From sequence record OK254197.1: 64,000 nt of DNA, one strand, 5' to 3'. Below, piece by piece: positions 59,084 to 64,000 of this stretch. The DNA comes from Escherichia phage PNJ1902. The position numbers and the translations under genes were made by a program. Numbering within the stretch: the stretch's first letter is position 1; each line of letters opens with the position of its first letter. Under the pieces are notes generated by a model. It saw only the letters and a list, made by a program, of their open reading frames with translations, was not told the origin of the DNA and did no database searches.

Positions 59084-59599
59084 ATGGCTAAGCAGAAAAA
59101 CGCAAAAACTCAAGCAGCTCCGGCAGTTAAAACTTTCCCGCAGACCGAGGCTAATCGCAAAGCTCGCCTGGAACGTCACCTGCGTAAGCATCCTACCGAT
59201 ACCCAGGCTGCGCAAGCACTGAATAATCCGGCTCCGATTCGTCAGAAGCCTAAAGCTAAAAATGCCACCCGTAAATCCTACAAAATGGTTATGTATGTAG
59301 AAAATTACGGCCACAAATCTGTCCCAGTTTCCCTGAGCTTTAACGCTGGGGCTGAATTGTTCTCTCGTAATGGTATGTCTATGAAAGACTATGAGAAGGC
59401 AGTTAACCAGAAGCGTAAACCAACAGCAGATGTATTGCGCGATACTCGTGGACAGTTTGGTTCTGTTAAGCCAAATATCTTTGGCGTAGAGTATAGTAAA
59501 GATAATGTTCGTGCTCTGTGTTACGGTGTAGGCATTAAGTTCACGGGTGATTCTGCTTGTAAATCTGCTAAACCAGCTCGTAAGCGTAAAGCGAAGTAA
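59084..59599 (+). CDS. Hypothetical highly basic protein (possible nucleic-acid-binding, highly expressed)
   Basis: 171 aa, Lys/Arg-rich termini; strongly host-optimal codon usage; own promoter and RBS AAAGGAAAA. Confidence 0.55.
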   Translation: MAKQKNAKTQAAPAVKTFPQTEANRKARLERHLRKHPTDTQAAQALNNPAPIRQKPKAKNATRKSYKMVMYVENYGHKSVPVSLSFNAGAELFSRNGMSMKDYEKAVNQKRKPTADVLRDTRGQFGSVKPNIFGVEYSKDNVRALCYGVGIKFTGDSACKSAKPARKRKAK

Positions 59600-59608
59600 T
59601 AGATAAAT

Positions 59609-59630
59609 AGGGGCGAAAGCCCCTACAATC
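59609..59630 (+). terminator. GC-rich tetraloop stem-loop (weak terminator or processing site)
   Basis: AGGGGC-GAAA-GCCCCT; downstream tract not strongly U-rich. Confidence 0.4.
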
Positions 59631-59663
59631 GATTAATTCTCTAACTAATCAAGGATATTTTTT

Positions 59664-59879
59664 ATGTTCTCTAAGAAACCACGTTCTGTTACTGAAATTG
59701 TTGCTTCCTTTACCACTATCACTGATGAGCTTCAAGCTCGTATTGAGGCTGATCAAAAAATCGCAGCTGATATTCAGAAACAGCAGGAAGAACTCGCTTT
59801 AAAGTTGGCTGAAACTAACAAGAGTGAAAAATCTGCCCAAACTATTATGGAAAATATCCTTAAACTGCTGGGCAAGTGA
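59664..59879 (+). CDS. Hypothetical protein
   Basis: 71 aa ORF bracketed by stem-loops. Confidence 0.5.
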   Translation: MFSKKPRSVTEIVASFTTITDELQARIEADQKIAADIQKQQEELALKLAETNKSEKSAQTIMENILKLLGK

Positions 59880-59886
59880 TTTAAAT

Positions 59887-59912
59887 CAGGGGGCAAAAGC
59901 CCCTCTTATTTG
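59887..59912 (+). terminator. Putative terminator
   Basis: AGGGGC-AAAA-GCCCCT followed by CTTATTTGG. Confidence 0.5.
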
Positions 59913-59920
59913 GAGAAACT

Positions 59921-60142
59921 ATGCGTAATTTTGTAGCAAAGAATGATTTTAACCGTGCTAGCACCCATAAGTCAGCTAGGGATTATACACGACTTTCTAG
60001 TCATGAGGTAATGGATTTAGCAGTGGATGAGTTAGACTTAGATGACCCCTATATGGAAGAGAACTGGGATGTCAGTGAGGATATGCTTCCTGGTTTTAAA
60101 GACCCCAAGAAGTGGGAGTCTATTAAAGAGACAGCTCTTTAA
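59921..60142 (+). CDS. Hypothetical protein
   Basis: 73 aa acidic ORF. Confidence 0.5.
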   Translation: MRNFVAKNDFNRASTHKSARDYTRLSSHEVMDLAVDELDLDDPYMEENWDVSEDMLPGFKDPKKWESIKETAL

Positions 60143-60170
60143 TAGTTTTCTACACAATAAAGGATAAGTT

Positions 60171-60872
60171 ATGAAAGTAAAACCATTTGGTATGCTAGAT
60201 ATTGAATCTCTAGGAACTCCAGGAGATTGTGGTACTACTCATATCGCAATGCCTTCTTTCGCTTTTGTGGCTATGCATGGAATTGATAAAGACCCTGATC
60301 TAGTATTTGTTACTTTGGATGTGCAAGATCAACTTAATTCTGGTGCCAAAGTTACAGCATCTACTCTAGCATTCTGGATGGATCAAGCTAAAAATAGTCC
60401 GTCTGCTATCCACATTATGGAAGCTATGAAGGAACGTAATCCAAAACTGATTGCCTTCCAAAATGGTAAACATCATTGCACTAATAAATTAGGCTCAAAC
60501 TATGCTGCCTTCTCTATGGCTCAAAATATTATGGAGTTGGCTCTAGGCGAAAATGCTTTGTATTATGGCAATGGCCCAGAGTTTGATATGACTATCTACT
60601 CTGCAAATACGTTCCATGCTGGAACCAATGAAGAGGTAGTTCCGTGGAAATTCTGGAATTTGGGCAATGTTCGATCTCTTCGTAATCTCTGGATGCAAGC
60701 TGGATACAGTTATAAAGCTCTAGAGACCGAAGGTATTAGCTGGGCAATAGCTAAAATGGAGAAGATGGACACTATTCGTTATGGGATCTATCCGGTTAAG
60801 CACGACCCAGCATTCGATGCCTTAGTTGAGAGCTATTGTGTTGCAGCTATGATCGAAAAAATGAAAATTTGA
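60171..60872 (+). CDS. Putative DEDDh-family 3'-5' exonuclease (DnaQ-like fold)
   Basis: 233 aa; exo I-like MLDIESLG and exo III-like HDPAFDA motifs. Confidence 0.55.
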   Translation: MKVKPFGMLDIESLGTPGDCGTTHIAMPSFAFVAMHGIDKDPDLVFVTLDVQDQLNSGAKVTASTLAFWMDQAKNSPSAIHIMEAMKERNPKLIAFQNGKHHCTNKLGSNYAAFSMAQNIMELALGENALYYGNGPEFDMTIYSANTFHAGTNEEVVPWKFWNLGNVRSLRNLWMQAGYSYKALETEGISWAIAKMEKMDTIRYGIYPVKHDPAFDALVESYCVAAMIEKMKI

Positions 60873-60873
60873 T

Positions 60874-60902
60874 TTGCTTCCGGCTCCAAAATTCTGTATA
60901 AT
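60874..60902 (+). promoter_or_regulatory. Early promoter
   Basis: TTGCTT - 17 bp - TATAAT then ATATTCATAAATTTGAGA. Confidence 0.65.
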
Positions 60903-60942
60903 ATATTCATAAATTTGAGAAAACAATAAAAGGAAAACAAAT

Positions 60943-61125
60943 ATGCCAGTATCTAAAAATGTTCGTAAAAATGGTAAGAAAGCTACTCGTGATCTGGGTA
61001 TCCGTCGTATGGCTGAACGTCAATCAGGTATCCAGAAAATCTTTAATCTACTAAATCGTGCTAATCCTAAAATTGATAACAGTAACGATACTGTTCTGCG
61101 CACTCTGCTGGCAATTGGTCTGTAA
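60943..61125 (+). CDS. Small basic hypothetical protein
   Basis: 60 aa; RBS AAAGGAAAA; own promoter. Confidence 0.45.
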   Translation: MPVSKNVRKNGKKATRDLGIRRMAERQSGIQKIFNLLNRANPKIDNSNDTVLRTLLAIGL

Positions 61126-61178
61126 TAGACCAAATTTAAACAAATTCAAATCTCAAACTTCATATAAGGAAGCAAATA

Positions 61179-61817
61179 ATGACTACTCGTATTTCTAAAA
61201 CTCGTGCTCTGGCAACTATCAAATCTCTGGAAGCTAAAATCCGTAAAGCTACTGAACAGCAGCTTCTGATCGCTGTTGGTGAAGGTAAGGATAAAAACCA
61301 GGTTGTAGTTGGCGCTGCAATCGAAGTAGCCGATCTGTCTACTCGTATTAAGACTGATTTCCAGTCTCTGCTGGATATGATGTCTAAGCGTGATAGTATC
61401 AAATCTGCTCTGATTAAGAGCAATGCAGAAACAATCGTTGAGATTGGTTCTCGTAAGATGACTGTTGCGGAAGCAATTGAAGCTAAGCGTTCTATGGAGC
61501 TTAAAGCTCAGCTGCTGGCTAACATGCGTAAGCAGTTCCATGCCGCTACGGTTAAGTTTAATACGCAGAAAGCACAGTTTGACGCTAAATATGAGCGTTT
61601 GCAGGATAGCATGGCTACCCGCGATAAGAAAACTTCCGAAGATGAAGTTAAAATGCAGCTCAACCTGCTGGAACTCAAGAATACTCCATTCTTGATTGAT
61701 CCGCTGGAACTGGAGAAGCTGATTAAGCAGCATGACGAGGAATACCAGGACTTTGCAACAAATGTTGACTTTGTTCTGTCCGAGTCTAACGCCTCTACCT
61801 TCATTGAAGTAGAGTAA
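61179..61817 (+). CDS. Hypothetical protein (highly expressed early protein)
   Basis: 212 aa; host-optimal codon usage; RBS AAGGAAG. Confidence 0.6.
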   Translation: MTTRISKTRALATIKSLEAKIRKATEQQLLIAVGEGKDKNQVVVGAAIEVADLSTRIKTDFQSLLDMMSKRDSIKSALIKSNAETIVEIGSRKMTVAEAIEAKRSMELKAQLLANMRKQFHAATVKFNTQKAQFDAKYERLQDSMATRDKKTSEDEVKMQLNLLELKNTPFLIDPLELEKLIKQHDEEYQDFATNVDFVLSESNASTFIEVE

Positions 61818-62200
61818 TAATTTAAAAGCTAGTAAATCGGTAGACGAAAGCCTAAGCATCTTACCTCGCAGCAGCGGTTGAAATACGAGGTTAAATAAGA
61901 CCGCTGACCATACTATAAAGTATAATCTATTGGAGATTATGTTTATTACACCAGCCTTTTAAGCTGACACGTAAGAACAAAGCGTCGTTGATATTACCGA
62001 CACAACTTCAAAGATCAACATTTAAGTATGAAAGCTGAAAAGTTTAAAGAACTCAAACTTCTAAACTTCTAAAGCTAAAAGATGCAAAGTATTCGTTGAT
62101 GATTCAAACCCTAGATCAAAGGTACATGGCTCATAAGATATGGCCTGTGGCGCCTCTAGGCTGTTTATCGGTTTACTAGTTTCACAATTTAAAAATGTAT

Positions 62201-62229
62201 TTGCTAATCTACTAAATTATATGTATAAT
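62201..62229 (+). promoter_or_regulatory. Early promoter
   Basis: TTGCTA - 17 bp - TATAAT. Confidence 0.65.
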
Positions 62230-62259
62230 ATATTTTTAAATTGATGAAACGAGGCTATT

Positions 62260-62577
62260 ATGACTTTTCATATTTTGATTGATGATGTGCGTAATCTTCA
62301 CGGAATGGACATTATCATTCGAACCCCAGAAGCCGCTGTAGAGTTTCTGAATAAAACTGATACCACAGGCCATTTTGTTTATATGGATAATGACTTGGCT
62401 GTAGATGGTATGGAAGGTTATCAAATTCTTCGTTTACTCTTAGAATTTGGGCAGAGACCAAAGAAAGTGGTACTAGTAACCTCGAACCCAGTAGCTAAGC
62501 AAAATATGCGTAATGATTTGCTTGACTTAGGGTATAAAGAAAATCCCAATCGTGTTGAATATGATTGGCAGGAGTAA
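62260..62577 (+). CDS. Hypothetical protein
   Basis: 105 aa ORF with RBS; overlaps downstream gene. Confidence 0.5.
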   Translation: MTFHILIDDVRNLHGMDIIIRTPEAAVEFLNKTDTTGHFVYMDNDLAVDGMEGYQILRLLLEFGQRPKKVVLVTSNPVAKQNMRNDLLDLGYKENPNRVEYDWQE

Positions 62578-63032
62578 AAAGAATGAAGGCAGCTTTGCTT
62601 TTAGTAGCTGCCCTTACCTTCAGCTTTAGTAGTCAGGCATCGCACGATGCAAAAGAAATAGATTGCATTGCTAAAAATATCTATTTCGAGAGTCGTGGTG
62701 AGGGCATAAAGGGAATGACGGCGATTGCACATGTTACTAAAAACCGTGTAAACTCCGGTAAATTCCCAGATTCCTACTGTAAAGTAGTATATCAGTCTAA
62801 CCAGTTCTCTTGGGTATCTAAGAGACCAAAAGTTGATAAAACCGATGAGGCTTGGCAAACAGCCAAGAATTTAGCTAGAGTGATATACTACGTTGATTTA
62901 CCACAAGATCCTACACATGGAGCACTATACTTCCATAGTGGTAAAGATAAACCTTATTGGACAAAGAAGTTTAAGAAAACAACTAAGATTAAGGGACATA
63001 CGTTTTATAAACCTGTTGTCACTAAAACTTAA
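62565..63032 (+). CDS. Secreted cell-wall hydrolase-like protein (SleB / Hydrolase_2-like) with signal peptide
   Basis: N-terminal MKAALLLVAALTFSFSSQA signal-like segment; CIAKNIYFESRGEG...VTKNRV and SNQFSWV motifs. Confidence 0.6.
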   Translation: MAGVKRMKAALLLVAALTFSFSSQASHDAKEIDCIAKNIYFESRGEGIKGMTAIAHVTKNRVNSGKFPDSYCKVVYQSNQFSWVSKRPKVDKTDEAWQTAKNLARVIYYVDLPQDPTHGALYFHSGKDKPYWTKKFKKTTKIKGHTFYKPVVTKT

Positions 63033-63040
63033 AAATTTAC

Positions 63041-63069
63041 TTGCTTAAATACTTAAATTTCTGTATAAT
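63041..63069 (+). promoter_or_regulatory. Early promoter
   Basis: TTGCTT - 17 bp - TATAAT. Confidence 0.65.
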
Positions 63070-63100
63070 ACTTCCATAAACTAATGAGAGGAAGCGAAAT

Positions 63101-63271
63101 ATGAAATCAGTTGTAATTATTGGTGTTAACACTCGCGGTATTCGTACTACGAAAACTGTTAAAACATCTAACGTGGCTGAAATTACTACTAACCCTAAAA
63201 AGTTTGATTTCGCCAAAGTCTCGGCAGTTATGACAGAACAATCTTTTAACCAAGCGTTAGGAATGAAATAA
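63101..63271 (+). CDS. Small hypothetical protein (56 aa, below ORF-track threshold)
   Basis: ATG preceded by GAGAGGAAG RBS and a dedicated promoter; MKSVVIIGVNTRGIRTTK...; stop overlaps next ATG (TAATG). Confidence 0.35.
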   Translation: MKSVVIIGVNTRGIRTTKTVKTSNVAEITTNPKKFDFAKVSAVMTEQSFNQALGMK

Positions 63272-63714
63272 TGGAAGAGAATATTTTAGATGTTTTGCGT
63301 AGAGCTTTGCAGGATTCTAAGTTTAATGGTTCTGATAAAGAAGTCGCTAAAAGCTACCAGACCATAATCGGGGATCTTCAGCGTATTGATAAAGATTTCA
63401 TCACTTCTGAACAATTTGTGTCTTATCTCAAAGCTCAACTAAAAAGCATTAACCAGATGAAAGCTAAACTTCATGGTCAAGATCTTGATAGTTATAGCTT
63501 GCAGTCTGCTCAGTATGAGTACATTCTAAATAAATGGTTGCAGGAGTATCTGCCTCCTCAGTTATCTGATACTGAGATTCGTAAATACTTTGCAGAATTA
63601 GTTAAGCTAAACCCTGGAATTACAAAGGGTATGCTGATGAAAGCGATTAAGGAAGAATTTCCTGGGCGTTATGATGGCGGTACTGCTGCTCAGATTGCTG
63701 GCGAATTTAATTAA
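63271..63714 (+). CDS. GatB/YqeY-domain-like protein
   Basis: 147 aa; C-terminal ...PGITKGMLMKAIKEEFPGRYDGGTAAQIAGE resembles the YqeY family. Confidence 0.45.
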   Translation: MEENILDVLRRALQDSKFNGSDKEVAKSYQTIIGDLQRIDKDFITSEQFVSYLKAQLKSINQMKAKLHGQDLDSYSLQSAQYEYILNKWLQEYLPPQLSDTEIRKYFAELVKLNPGITKGMLMKAIKEEFPGRYDGGTAAQIAGEFN

Positions 63715-63722
63715 AAATTTAT

Positions 63723-63751
63723 TTGCTAAATGCCTTTAAATTCTGTATAAT
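63723..63751 (+). promoter_or_regulatory. Early promoter firing into ORF-free region at window end
   Basis: TTGCTA - 17 bp - TATAAT then ATATTCATAAATTAGGG; almost identical to the promoters at 59017 and 60874. Confidence 0.65.
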
Positions 63752-64000
63752 ATATTCATAAATTAGGGAACAGCGAGCCGATTACGCTGAGTGCAGAATC
63801 CCAACCGGAGCGCATTGAATAGAGTCGGTGGGTTAGTTGTAAAACTAGTACACAGGGGGCGGCAATCCCGGTTAGTGGCTAGAACGTGTAAAATGAGGCG
63901 TCTGAAACCTCTCCCCTAAACTCTTCTCTAATTTATAAATAGTGGGGTGTGGAAATCACTTATGTAGTAACACTGCCGTCCTAGTATAATTGGTATTATC

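Noticed and set aside
61146-61859. 237-aa minus-strand ORF covering 61179-61817
   Set aside because: The + strand gene has its own promoter, RBS and host-optimal codon usage; the minus ORF has none of these in a + strand transcription block.
23880-64000. tRNA genes in ORF-free regions (23880-24250, 45313-45800, 61818-62200, 63760-64000)
   Set aside because: Searched by eye for 7-bp acceptor stems with GTTCRANYC T-loops on both strands; none convincing. A covariance-model scan is needed before excluding them.
1-64000. CRISPR arrays or integrase/transposase-type mobile elements
   Set aside because: No regularly spaced direct repeats with unique spacers and no recombinase-like ORF were seen; the only repeats are the promoter family and the intragenic fibre repeats.

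Overview
This window looks like a T5-like siphophage (Tequintavirus-type) genome segment, densely coding and with three blocks. (1) Positions 1-23839, + strand: a late morphogenesis operon running terminase large subunit, two nuclease-like ORFs (T5orf172/GIY-YIG-like plus HNH), portal, Ig-domain decoration protein, prohead protease, major capsid protein, neck and tail-completion proteins, tail tube, tape measure, distal tail protein, baseplate hub, pb4-like, collar protein and a repeat-rich L-shaped tail fibre with a C-terminal chaperone domain. (2) Positions 24255-50913, - strand: early replication and recombination genes (dUTPase, flap endonuclease, SbcCD-like pair, helicases, DNA polymerase with a TTG start, primase, split NAD-dependent ligase, a large P-loop ATPase, a Sir2-like/HAD-phosphatase operon, NrdD). 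(3) Positions 51257-63714, + strand: nucleotide metabolism and small early genes (PhoH, NrdA, NrdB, DHFR, ThyA, RNase H, NADAR protein, DEDDh exonuclease, SleB-like hydrolase). Early genes are driven by many near-identical strong sigma70-type promoters, and GC-rich tetraloop hairpins act as terminators. All calls rest on reading motifs in the sequence and on recalled family knowledge; no database search was run. The most interesting candidates are the Sir2-like/HAD operon together with the separate NADAR gene, the tandem nucleases inserted in the late operon, and several promoter-fed ORF-free regions that may encode RNAs.
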